This document shows, piece by piece, positions 49,281-60,900 of a DNA stretch of 64,000 bases. Made by a program: the position numbers and the translations under genes. Origin of the DNA: Squalus acanthias (taxonomy: Eukaryota); NCBI GenBank assembly GCA_030390025.1, contig CM059438.1:54996001-55060000 (forward strand), given 5' to 3'. The stretch's first letter is position 1; each line of letters begins with the position of its first letter. Below the pieces are notes generated by a model. The model saw nothing but the letters and a program-made list of their open reading frames with translations. It ran no database searches and had not been told where the DNA came from.

Positions 49281-52231
49281 ATGTCAGCGGAGAAGGCAAT
49301 AGAGCAAAGTAGCAGTGGGGTAATTAAAAACCAGAGCGTGTCAGGAAGGGACAGAATATATAAAGATAAAGGTAAAGTAGTAAAGGGGGTAAAAGCAGGA
49401 ATAAATTGTCACAAAACATATTTAAAAGTTCTTTATCTGAATGCACGCAGCATTCGTAACAAAATAGACGAGTTGGCGGTACAAATAACTACGTATGGGT
49501 ATGATCTTGTGGCCATTACAGAAACATGGCTGCAGGGTGACAACGACTGGGAATTAAATATGCCAGGGTATTTAACAATCAGGAAGGACAGGCAGGAAGG
49601 AAGAGGAGGTGGGGTAGCTATGTTAATAAAGGAAGGAATCACTGTATTACAGAGAAATGATATTGGGTCAAAGGATCAGGATAATGAAACAGTTTGGGTG
49701 GAGATAAGGAATAATAAGGGGAAAAAAACACTAGTGGGAGTAGTATATAGGCCTCCTAATAGTTGCAACTCTGCTGGAAGAAGTATTAATCAGGAAATAG
49801 TTGGGGCATGTAATAAGGGAACAGCTATAATTATGGGGGATTTTAACTATCATATTAACTGGACAAATCAAATTGGGCAGGGCAGCCTTGAGGAAGAGTT
49901 TATTGAGTGTATTGGGGATGGATTTCTTGAGCAGTATGTAACTGATCCTACAAGGGGGCAAGCAACCTTGGACCTGGTCCTGTGTAATGAGTCAGGATTA
50001 ATTAATAATATCCTAGTTAAGGATCCCCTTGGAATGAGTGACCATAACATGGTTGAATTCCATATCCAATTAGAGGGTGAGAAGGTTGGTTCTCAGACAA
50101 GCGTACTGAGCTTGAATAAAGGAGACTATGATGGTATGAGAGCGGAATTGATTAAAGTGGACTGGGAAAATAGATTAAAGGGTAAGACGGTACATGAGCA
50201 GTGGTGTTCATTTAAGGAGTTATTTTACAACTTTCAAAAAATATATATTCCACTGAGGAAAAAAGGGTGTAAAAGAAATGACAGCCATCCGTGGCTAAGT
50301 AAAGAAATTAAGGATAGTATCCAACTAAAAACAAGGACATATAAGGTAGCCAAACTTAGTGGGAGGATAGAAGATTGGGAAGTCTTCAAAAGACAGCAAA
50401 AAGTAACTAAAGGATTGATTAAGAAAGGGAAGATAGATTATGAAAACAAATTAGCAAAAAATATAAAAACAGATAGCAAGAGTTTCTATAGTTATATAAA
50501 AAGAAAAAGGGTGGCTAAGGCAAACGTAGGTCCCTTAGAGGATGAGACCGGGAAATTAATGGTGGGAAACATGGAGATGGCAAAAATGCTGAACAAATAT
50601 TTTGTTTCAGTCTTTACGGTAGAGGACACTAAGAATATCCCAACACTGGACAAACAGGGGGCTCTGGGGGGGAGGAGCTAAATATGATTAAAATCACTAA
50701 GGAATTGGTACTCAGTAAAATAATGGGACTCAAGGCGGATAAATCCCCTGGACCTGATGGCTTACATCCTAGGGTCTTGAGGGAAGTGGCAGTAGGGATT
50801 GTGGATGCTTTGGTAATAATTTTCCAAAATTCCCTGGACTCAGCAAAGGTCCCGGCAGATTGGAAAACTGCTAATGTAACACCCTTATTTAAAAAGGGTA
50901 GTAGGCAGAAGGCTGGAAATTATAGACCAGTTAGTCTAACATCTGTGGTGGGTAAAATTTTGGAGTCTATTATTAAGGAGACAGTAACGGAACATTTAGA
51001 TAAACATAATTTAATAGGACAAAGTCAGCATGGCTTTATGAAGGGCAAGTCATGTCTGACAAATTTGCTCGAGTTCTTTGAGGACATAATGTACAGGGTG
51101 GATAAAGGGGAACCAATGGACGTAGTGTATTTAGACTTCCAGAAGGCATTCGACAAGGTGCCACATAAAAGATTATTGCTCAAGATAAAAAATCACTGGA
51201 TTGGGGGGAATATTCTGGCATGGGTGGAGGATTGGTTATCTAACAGGAAGCAGAGAGTTGGGATAAATGGTTCATTCTCGGACTGGCAACCAGTAGCCAG
51301 TGGTGTTCCGCAGGGGTCGGTGCTGGGTCCCCAACTCTTTACAATCTATATTAACGATTTGGAGGAGGGGACCGAGTGTAACATATCAAAGTTTGCAGAT
51401 GATACAAAGATGGGAGGGAAAGTAGAAAGTGAGGAGGACATAAAAAACCTACAAGGGGATATAGACAAGCTGGGTGAGTGGGCGGAGATTTGGCAGATGC
51501 AATACAATATTGGAAAATGTGAGGTTATGCACTTTGGCAGGAAAAATCAGAGAGCAAGTTATTATCTTAATGGCGAGAAACTGGAAAGTACTGCAGTACA
51601 AAGGGATCTGGGGGTCCTAGTGCAAGAAAATCAAAAAGTTAGTATGCAGGTGCAGCAGGTGATCAAGAAGGCCAACGGAATGTTGGCTTTTATTGGTAGG
51701 GGGATAGATTATAAAAACAGGGAGGTATTGCTGCAGTTATATAAGGTATTGGTGAGACCGCATCTGGAATACTGCATACAGTTTTGGTGTCCATACTTAA
51801 GAAAAGACATACTTGCTCTCGAGGCAGTACAAAGAAGGTTCACTCGGTTAATCCCCGGGATGAGGGGGTGGACATATGAGGAGAGGTTGAGTAGATTGGG
51901 ACTCTACTCATTGGAGTTCAGAAGAGTGAGAGGCGATCTTATTGAAACATATAAGATTGTGAAGGGGCTTGATCAGGTGGATGCGGTAAGGATGTTCCCA
52001 AGGATGGGTGAAACTAGAACTAGGGGGCATAATCTTAGAATAAGGGACTGCTCTTTCAAAACTGAGATGAGGAGAAACTTCTTCACTCAGAGGGTAGTAG
52101 GTCTGTGGAATTTGCTGCCCCAGGAAGCTGTGGAAGCGACATCATTAAATAAATTTAAAACAGAAATAGACAGTTTCCTAGAAGTAAAGGGAATTAGGGG
52201 TTATGGGGAGCGGGCAGGAAATTGGACATGA
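49281..52231 (+). CDS. CR1 ORF2p (APE endonuclease + reverse transcriptase), single -1 frameshift at the G7 run 50666-50672
   Basis: ORFs 49281-50681 (EN) and 50684-52231 (RT, FADD) join if one G is added (ctg ggg ggg gag gag cta aat atg). Confidence 0.9.
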
Positions 52232-53600
52232 GGCTGAGTTCGGATCGGTCGAGGCCCTGTGGGTGGCGTAGCGGGCCCAGGGGCTGAGTGGCCGGGTCCT
52301 GCTCCTAATTCTTGTGTTCTTTAGATTTGAGGTGAGGATCAGATCAGCCATGATCTTATTGAATGGCGGAGCAGGCTCGAAGGGCCGATTGGCCTACTCC
52401 TGCTCCTATTTCTTATGTTCTTATAAGGTGGTTAAGAAGGCATACGGAATATTTGCCTTTATTAGCCGAGGCATAGAATATAAGAGCAGGGAGGTTATGC
52501 TTGAACTGTATAAAACACTAGTTAGGCCACAGCTAGAGTACAGCGTGCAGTTCTGGTCACCACATTACAGGAAGGATGTGATTGCACTAGAGAAGGTGCA
52601 GAGGAGATTTACGAGGATGTTGCCTGGGCTGGGGAATTTTAGCTATGAGGAAAGATTGGATAGGCTGGGGTTGTTTTCTTTGGAATAGAGGAGGCTGAGG
52701 GGAAACCTAATTGAGGTGTATAAAATTATGAGGGGCATAGATAGAGTGGATAGGAAGGACCTATTTCCCTTAGCAGAGAGGTCAATAATCGGGGGGCATA
52801 GATTTAAAGTAATTGGTAGGAGGTTTAGAGGGGATTTGAGGAGAAATGTTTTCACCCAGTGGGTGGTGGGGGGTCTGGAACTCACTGCCTGAAAGGGTGG
52901 TAGAGGCAGAAACCCTCATCACATTTAAAAAGTACTTGGATATGCAGTTGAAATGCCATAACCTACAAGGCTACGGACCAAGTGCTGGAAAGTGGGATTA
53001 GGCTGGATAGCTCTTTATTGGCCAGCACAGACAAGATGGGCTGAATGGCCTCCTTCTGTGCTGTAAATTTCTATGATACTATAGCACCCATGTGTGGGAG
53101 CAACTTGTCTGAGCAGAAGCCTTGAAGTAGCCAGCCACACCACTCCCTGGACACTTCAGCAACTTCAGATAAGATAACAGACCACCAAACACTTCTACAA
53201 ACTCACCTAGAGCCAGTAGGAATCAATCAACAACTAATCTGAAAGCAGGTGATTATCCCTTTAAGTAGTGCTAGTGAGGGTGGGGGCGGGGGTGTCCTTC
53301 TTGTTGCTGAATGCATGTTCAGCTGTGTGTGTTTGAGAGAGAGTGTTAGCTCCAGCGTTGATGTCAAAAATATCTGCACTGTTGTTAAATCAGCGTTACA
53401 CGCCGATTGACATCGCGATCTGCGTACTCTGCATACCTCCGGTGCACGCTCCCAGCACCTGTGCCAATGACCTACCCAAAATGGTGTCTGGCGTGGCCCG
53501 CACCAGACGTGTGCGCACATGATGCAGACGCCATTTTGGACCTGAATCGACACCCGTAGCGCTGAAAGACCGGGCACTACAGAACTGAATTTAGCCGCCC

Positions 53601-55995
53601 TTTACTATTATACTCCAATCTCTTTGTAGTAAAGTCTAACATACCATTTGCTTTCCTAATTGCTTGACGTACCTGCATGTTAACTTTCTGTGATTTGTTT
53701 ACAAGGACACCCAGGTCCCTCAGAACACCAACATTTCCTAGTCTCTCACCATATAAAAAATATTCTGCTTTTCTATTTATCCTACCAAAGTGGATAACTT
53801 CACATTTCTCAATGTTATATCCATCTGCCACATTCTTGCCCACTCACTTAACCGGTCTATATCCCTTTGCAGCCTCATTGTGTCCTCCTCGCAGCTTACT
53901 TTCCCACCTAGCTTTGTATCGTTAGCAAACTTGGATACATTACACTCGTCCCCTCATCTAAGTCATTGATATAGATTGTAAATAGCTGAGCCCAAGCACT
54001 GATCATTGCGGCACCCCACTAGTTACAGCCTGCCAACCCATTAATGACCTGCTTATTCCTACTCTCTGTTTTCTGTCCGTTAACACATTCTCAGTCAATG
54101 CGGATATATTACCCCCAATCCCTTGAGCCCTAATTTTGTGTAATAACCTCTTGTGTGGCACCTTATGGAATGCTTTTTGAAAATCCAAATACACTGCATC
54201 CACTAGTTCCCCCTTATCTACCCTGCTAGTTATAACCTCTAAAAAACGCTAACAGATTTGTCAAACATGATTTCCCTTTCATAAATCTGTGTTGACTCTG
54301 ACCAATCATATAATGATTTTCTAAGTGCCCTGTTACCACGGTTCTAATAATAGATTCTATTATTGATGTCAGGCTAACTGAGCTACAGTTCCCTGTTTTC
54401 TCCCTCCTTTCTTGAATAGCGGGTTACATTTGCTACCTTCCAAACCACGGGGACTGTTCCAAAATCTAGTAAATTTTGGAAGACCAAAACCAATGCATCC
54501 GCTTTCTCTATAGTCACCTCTTTTAAAACCCTAGGATGTAGGCCATCAGGTCCAGGAGATTTGTCGGCTTTTAGTCCCATTAATTTCTCCAGTACTATTT
54601 CTTTACTAATACTAATTTCTTTATGTTCCTCATTCCCTTGGCTCCCCACTATTTCTGGAATTTTTTTTGTGTCTTCTACCATGATGACAGACACAAAAAT
54701 ATTTGTTTAATGTCTCTGCCATTTCCTTGTACCCCATTATAATTAACCCTGTCTCTGCTTGTATGGAACCCACATTTACTTTCGCTAATCTCTTCCTTTT
54801 TACGTGCCTACAGAAGCTTTTACAATCGTTTTTTACGTCTCTTGCTAGTTTACTCTCGTATTCTATTTTCCCTCTCTTGATCAATTGTTTGGTCATCCTT
54901 TGCTGAATTCTAAAATCCTCCCAATCCTCAGGCTTACTATTTTTGGCAATATTATAAGCCTCTTCTTTTAATCTAATACTATCTTTAACTTCTCTTGTTA
55001 GCCACGGTTGTACCACTTTTCCCATGCGGTTTTTATTCCTTAAGCAAATTATGAATTATTTCTTTAAATGTTTGCCATTGCTTATCTATCATCATATATT
55101 TTAAATGAGTTTCCCAGTCTAACACAACCAACTCGCCCCTCATACCTATGTAATTTGCTTTGTTCAGATTTAAGACCCTAGTTTCGTATTTAACTAAATC
55201 ATTCTCAAACTCAATATAAAATTCTATCATGTTATGATCACTCTTCCCCAGAGGCTGTTTTAGTACAAGGTTATTAATTAACCCCGTCTCATTGCATAAT
55301 ACTAGATCAAAAATAGCCTGTTCCCTAGTTGGTTCCTTGACATACTGATCTAGAAAACTATATTGAAAGCATTCCACGCACTCGTCTTCCAAACTATTAC
55401 TGCAAATTTGGTTTGCCCAGTCTATATGAATATTAAAGTCCCCCAAGATTACTGTTTTACCCTTGATACATGCACCTCTAATTTCCTGACTTATATTCTG
55501 CCCGACATTACAACTACTATTAGGGGGCCTATAAACTACTCCCACCAGTGTTTTCTGCCCCTTGATGTTTCTTATCTCCACCTAAAGTGATTCTACATCT
55601 TGATTTTCCAAACTAAGATCCTTTCACTCTACTGTTTTTATCCCATCCTTTATTATCAGAGCTACCCACCCACCTCCTTTTCCATTTCACCTCTCTCTTC
55701 TAAAAGTCAAGAATCCTGGAATATTTTGTTCACAACCTTGGTCACTCTGCAACCATGTCTCTGTAATGGCTATTAGATTAAACCTATTAATTTCTATCTG
55801 CGCTATTAATTCATTTATTTTGTTGCGAATACTTCGCGCATTCAGATATAGTCCCTTTAGCTTTAACTTTTTCTATTTTTCCCTGATGTCACCTTAGTCA
55901 CTAATGCCCTTTGTTAAATTCTCTGTACCTTCCTGCCCCACTCTGCTTATTTTTACCGAAATCACTACTCTGCCCTGCAGCCTTGACTTTTTCTT
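53601..55995 (-). mobile_element. CR1 ORF2 (EN + RT), degraded and 3'-truncated
   Basis: ORFs 55033-55581 (EN), 54383-55025, 54003-54203 and 53577-53843. Confidence 0.9.
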
Positions 55996-56019
55996 ACTGC
56001 TTAATCTAGTTTCTTTTTG

Positions 56020-56915
56020 AAAACATCTAAGCTATTTGCCGCAACCACTTCCTGTGGTAGAGTTCCACATTCTAACCACTCTCTGAGTAAATAAATTTCT
56101 CCTTATTTCCCTATTGGATTTATTAGTAACTATCTTGTATTTATTGCCCCTAGTTTTGGATTCTCCCACAAGTGGAAACATTCTCTCCAGATCTACCCTG
56201 TCCAATCTATTTATAATTTTAAAGACCTCTATCAGGTCACCTTTAAGTCTTCTCTTTTCTTAAAAAAAAAGCCCCAACCTGTTCAATCTTTCCTGATAAC
56301 TGTAATCTCTCAATCTGGTACCGTCCCTGTAAATCTTTTTTTGCACTTTCTCCGGTGCTTCTGTCCTTTTTATAGTATGCAGACCAGAACTGTGCAAAGT
56401 GCGGCCTGACCAGAGTCCTATAGAAGTTTAACATAACTTCACTACTTTTGAATTCTATACCCCTAGAAATAAATCCCAGTGCTTTGTGAGCTTTGCTGAC
56501 CTGCGATGCCACTTTTAATAATTATTTACCTGTATCCCTAGATCCCTTTGCTCCTCTACCGCATTCAGTTTTTTTATTTTCTACGGTGTAGGTGATGTTT
56601 CTATTTTTCTTATCTATGTTAAAGTTCATTTGCCATTTAACTGCCCAGTCTGCAAGTTATCTAATATCTTCTTGTATTATGTTGCATTCTTCCTCAGGGG
56701 TTAGCTATACCCCCCAGGTTTGGTATCATCTGCAAATGTTGATACTGAGTTACTTGTTACTAAGTCCAAATTATTAATGTAAATTATGAATAACAGTGGG
56801 CCCAACACTGATCCTCATGGTACACCACTTTCTACCTTCCTTCAATCTGAATAATTGCCCTTTACCCCTACTCTCTGCTTTCCATTTTTTAGCCAATTTG
56901 CTATCCATTCAGCTA
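56020..56915 (-). mobile_element. Old CR1 fragment
   Basis: LGFISRGIEFKSSEVMLNFYRTLVRPH motif. Confidence 0.75.
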
Positions 56916-56916
56916 T

Positions 56917-58702
56917 TTTTTTATTATTCGTTTTTTATGGGATGTGGGCGACACTGGCAAGGCCAGCATTTATTGCCCTTGAGAAGGTGGTGGTGAGCCG
57001 CCTTCTTGAACCGCTCCAGTCCGTGTGGTGAAGGTACTCCCACAGTGCTGTTAGGTAGGGAGTTCCAGGATTTTGACCCAGTGACGATGAAGGATCGGCG
57101 ATATACTTCTAAGTCAGGATGGTGTGTTACTTGGAGGAGAACTTGGAGGTGGTGGTGTTCCCATGCGCCTGCTGCCCTTGTCCTTCTAGGTGGAAGAGGT
57201 TGCGGGTTTGGGAAGTGCTGCCGAAGAAGCCTTGGTGAGTTGCTGCAGTGCATCTTGTAGATGGTACACGCTGCAGCCACGGTACGCCGGTGGTGGAGGG
57301 AGTGAATGTTTAAGGTGGTGGATGGGGTGCCAATCAAGCGGGCTGCTTTGTCCTGGACGGTGTCGAGCTTCTTGAGTGTTGTTGGAGCTGCACTCATCCA
57401 GGCAAGTGGAGAGTATTCCATCACACTCCTTACTTGTGCCTTGTAGATGGTGGAAAGGCGTTGGGGAGTCAGGAGGTGAGACACTCGCCGCAGAATACCT
57501 AGCCTCTGACCTGCTCTTGTTGCCACAGTATTTATGTGGCTGGTCCAGTTAAGTTTCTGGTCAATGGTGACCCCCAGCATGTTGATGGTGGGGGATTCGG
57601 CGATGGTAATGCCGTTGAATGTCATGGGGAGGTGGTTAGACTCTCGCTTGTTGGAGATAGTCATTGCCTGGCACTTTGTGGCGCGAATGTTACAAGCCAC
57701 TTATCAGCCCAAGCCTGAACGTCGTCCAGGTCTTGTTGCATTTGAACATGGACTGCTTCATTATCTGAGGAGTTGTGAATGGCGCTGAACACTGTGCAGT
57801 CATCAGCGAACATCCCCATTTCTGACCTTATGTTGGAGGGAAGGTCATTGATGAAGCAGCTGAAGATGGCTGGGCCTAGGACACTGCCCTGAGGAACTCC
57901 TGCAGTGATGTCCTGGGGCTGTGATGATTGACCTTCAACCACCACAACCATCTTCCTTTGTGCTAGGTATGACTCCAGCCAGTGGAGCGTTTTCCTCCCG
58001 ATTCCCATTGACTTCAGTTTTACTAGGGCTCCTTGATGCCACACTCGGTCAAATGCTGCCTTGATGTCAAGGGCAGTCACTCTCACCTCACCTCTGGAAT
58101 TCAGCTCCTTTGTCCATGTTTGGACCAAGGCTGTGATGAGGTCGGGAGCCGAGTGGTCTTGGCGGAACCCAAACTGAGCATCAGTGAGCAGGTTATTGGT
58201 GAGTAAGTGCCGCTTGATAGCACTGTCGATGACACCTTCCATCACTTTGATGATGATTGAGAGTAGACTGATGGGGCGTAATTGGCCAGGTTGGATTTGT
58301 CCTGCTTTTTGTGGACAGGACATACCTGGGCAGTTTTCCACATTGTCGGATAGATGCCAGTGTTGTAGCTGTCCTGGAACAGCCTGGCTAGAGGCGCGGC
58401 TAGTTCTGGAGCACAAGTCTTCAGCACGACAGCTGGGATGTTGTCGGGGCCCTGAGCCTTTGCTGTATCCAGTGCGCTCAGCCATTTCTTGATATCACGT
58501 GGAGTGAATCGAATTGGCTGAAGACTGGTTACTGTGATGGTGGGGACCTCAGGAGTAGGCCAATATGGATCATCCACTCGGCACTTCTGGCTGAAGATGG
58601 TTGCAAATGCTACAGCCTTGTCTTTTGCACTCCACCATCATTGAGGATGGGGATATTCATGGAGCCTCCTCCTCCCATTAGTTGTTTAATGGTCCACCAC
58701 CC
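56917..58702 (-). mobile_element. Second LINE family, 5'-truncated copy
   Basis: Near-identical protein to 39540-41440. Confidence 0.92.
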
Positions 58703-59044
58703 TGACTCCACATGCCCTAACCTTTGTCATGAACCTACCGTGTGGGTTATCTTATCGAAGGTATTTTGAAAATCCAAATATGTATCATCTACTGGGGGTA
58801 GGGTGGAATATGTGTACTGTGGGGATTAAAGCAGGGACAGGGTACTGGATTTGGATGATCAGCCATGATCGTATTGAATGGTGGAGCAGGCTCGACGGGC
58901 CGAATGGCCTACTCCTGCTCCTGGATTCTATGTTTCTATGTTTACTGCATTACCCTTGTCTACTCTTTCCATTACCTCTTCAAAGAATTCTATCAGGTTA
59001 GTAAAACATGACTTGGCATTTCGCAATCCATGCTATTTTTTATT

Positions 59045-59767
59045 GGGCCGGATATTCCGATCGCTACGGGTGCTGTTTACACACCCGTAGGGACATCGGA
59101 AATGCCGGTTGCAGGCATGCGAAGCGCATGCGCTGAAAGCCGGCATTTCCGATCTGTCAAGAATGTTCTTGACAGATTGGACGCCTGCCCTGGAGAAGGG
59201 CCTCGGCGGGCGGATAGTTCCACTTTCTGGAGACCCTCCACCCGCAGAAAACCCTTAGAAATCTTGGGGGAGAAATTCAGTATCGCCCCATTTGGGGCGC
59301 AATTATCGGCCGGGCGCAAAGATTAGCGCCTGCCGCTAATTATCGCCACCAACTGCAAACTTGATTTTTATCGCCCCTGGAGGTGATTGGAGCGCTAAAT
59401 CAGGTGCTTCACACCTGTCTTAAGGCGCAAAGGCCGAGGAGCGAGGCGCTACCTCAGAGCGCTGGCGAAGCTCATGTGATGTCAGTCAGCAATGGAACAC
59501 ACACACAATGGCGTGGGCCAGTTCTTAAAGGGGAGGGTTGATCTTGCTTTCCATCCACATCCTGCTCATTGCAGCCTTGAATCTCGGCCTGGAGAGACCT
59601 GCACATCAAATCTGCTGGAAAGAACAATGGAGAGTACCAGGGAAAGAGCTCAGAGTGCAGCCCCCACAGTCTTTTCTAAATCGATACAAGGAAGGACAAA
59701 TCAAAATGAACCTGCAAAGTGCTGCTCAGTACCCAAAACTCCTTCACACAGCATTGAATCTTTCCAG

Positions 59768-59798
<31 letters not shown>

Positions 59799-60646
59799 AG
59801 AATGCGTGGTTCAAAAATGTCACCAACAATAAAAGGCAGGAAGCGGTCGCCTTTAAATAGCGTTCCCCCAGTCCCTTCCTGACTGCAAAACGCTCCCCTC
59901 AACCTGTCGTTGCTAGCGGCAGGCGGTAAGGCAGGGGGCGCCACTCAATATCCGCTCCGGGGCGTTGCGCACTCGACTGACGTCACGATCTGCAGGAGAT
60001 CGTGGCGGTAGTGTTTAGCGACGCCGCAAAATGTCTAGTTAATTTCGTGAGCAGCGCAAACATCACCGCACCCGGGCGCTAGATGCTTTGCATCCCATTA
60101 GCGCCCCCTTAAGGCGCTAACGGGAGGCGCAACCAACTGAATTTTTCCCCCCTTATGTCTTGAGATTTGAAAAATTAAAAAAAACAATTTTTTTTCACTC
60201 ATTTATCATTTAAAAATACTTTTAAAAAGGTACGTTTATTTTTAGCTCTGTAAAAAACTTCAATTATTTTTTTCAAAAAATAAAATTTTTGTTTAAAATA
60301 TTTAATTTATTGTAATTTCAACTAATTTAAAAATGAGATTTAAAAAAAAATTATTTAATGTTTTAAAGTGTTTTGGGGTGATCTCCATTCATATATTTGA
60401 CAGGTCTATATGTCAAGTGTATGAAGGGAGATTCCCTTCTTTGATTGGCTCCCCATGGCCCACATGATCCCAAGGACGCTTGCGAACCGCATGTGCCTCT
60501 GGGATACGCGGGCCCTGCACATTTTGAGTTGGAGAGGCCCAGGAGCGGAAGTGTCCAGACCTCGGGAGCCCTCAGGTAAGTCCGTAGATTTTTTCCAGAT
60601 CGGAGGCCTCCGCACGCGGGAAGCCTCCGATTGGAAAATACGGCCC
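59045..60646. mobile_element. Harbinger-type MITE family A, split by MITE B
   Basis: TIRs gggccggatattccgatc / ttggaaaatacggccc; both halves align to 31835-32587. Confidence 0.85.
59266..60151. mobile_element. Harbinger-type MITE family B
   Basis: TIRs gggggagaaattcagt / actgaatttttccccc match at 15/16; 3-bp TSD ctt; many agcgcc/ggcgct subterminal motifs; internal (ct)n. Confidence 0.85.
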
Positions 60647-60900
60647 AATATATTTTGTCTCCAGATGCTCTTCTATCACTTCTTTTACTATAGATTGCAG
60701 TATCTTTCCAATCACGGAGAGTAAGCTGACCGTCTATAGTTCCCAGGTTTTGTTCTATTTTCTTTTTGTACACAGGAACAACCTTAGCTGTCCGCCAGTC
60801 CTCTGGTACGGTCCCCTCTTCTATCGTACTTATATATAAAAAATGAGTGCCTCTGCTGTCACCTCCCTAGTTTCCTTGAGCATGTGTGGGTGCATAACAT

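Larger units (their letters stand above)
46353..52422 (+). mobile_element. Full-length young CR1 LINE (5' UTR, ORF1, ORF2, 3' tail)
   Basis: Two long ORFs, 5' UTR 33-bp repeats at 48101-48218, tail ttcttatgttcttat. Assignment of 46353-46496 to its 5' end is inferred. Confidence 0.85.
46260..53077 (+). mobile_element. Older 5'-truncated CR1 (46260-46352 and 52423-53077) split by a 6.07-kb insertion
   Basis: ...gcaggacaggtagat | aaggtggttaagaagg... is contiguous in the sister copy at 6598-6630. Confidence 0.85.
43836..53600 (+). mobile_element. Internally deleted Harbinger element (Myb gene on +, transposase 5' stub on -) hosting nested CR1s
   Basis: Ends gggctaaaaattcga and ctgaatttagccgccc. 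The minus-strand transposase-like start (ATG at 53091, MGAI) joins PLGLQHDRENEQ at about 46260-46200 across the CR1 insertion. Confidence 0.65.
58703..60898 (-). mobile_element. Old CR1 fragment interrupted by a + strand CR1 tail (about 58793-58942) and by MITEs
   Basis: aaatccaaata...catctact, aaacatgac and ctatagttcccagg segments are collinear with CR1 RT. Confidence 0.65.

Noticed and set aside
46497..52422. Twin-priming 5' inversion of one CR1
   Set aside because: Both parts contain their own 3' tail and overlapping, non-identical RT sequence, so they are two separate insertions.
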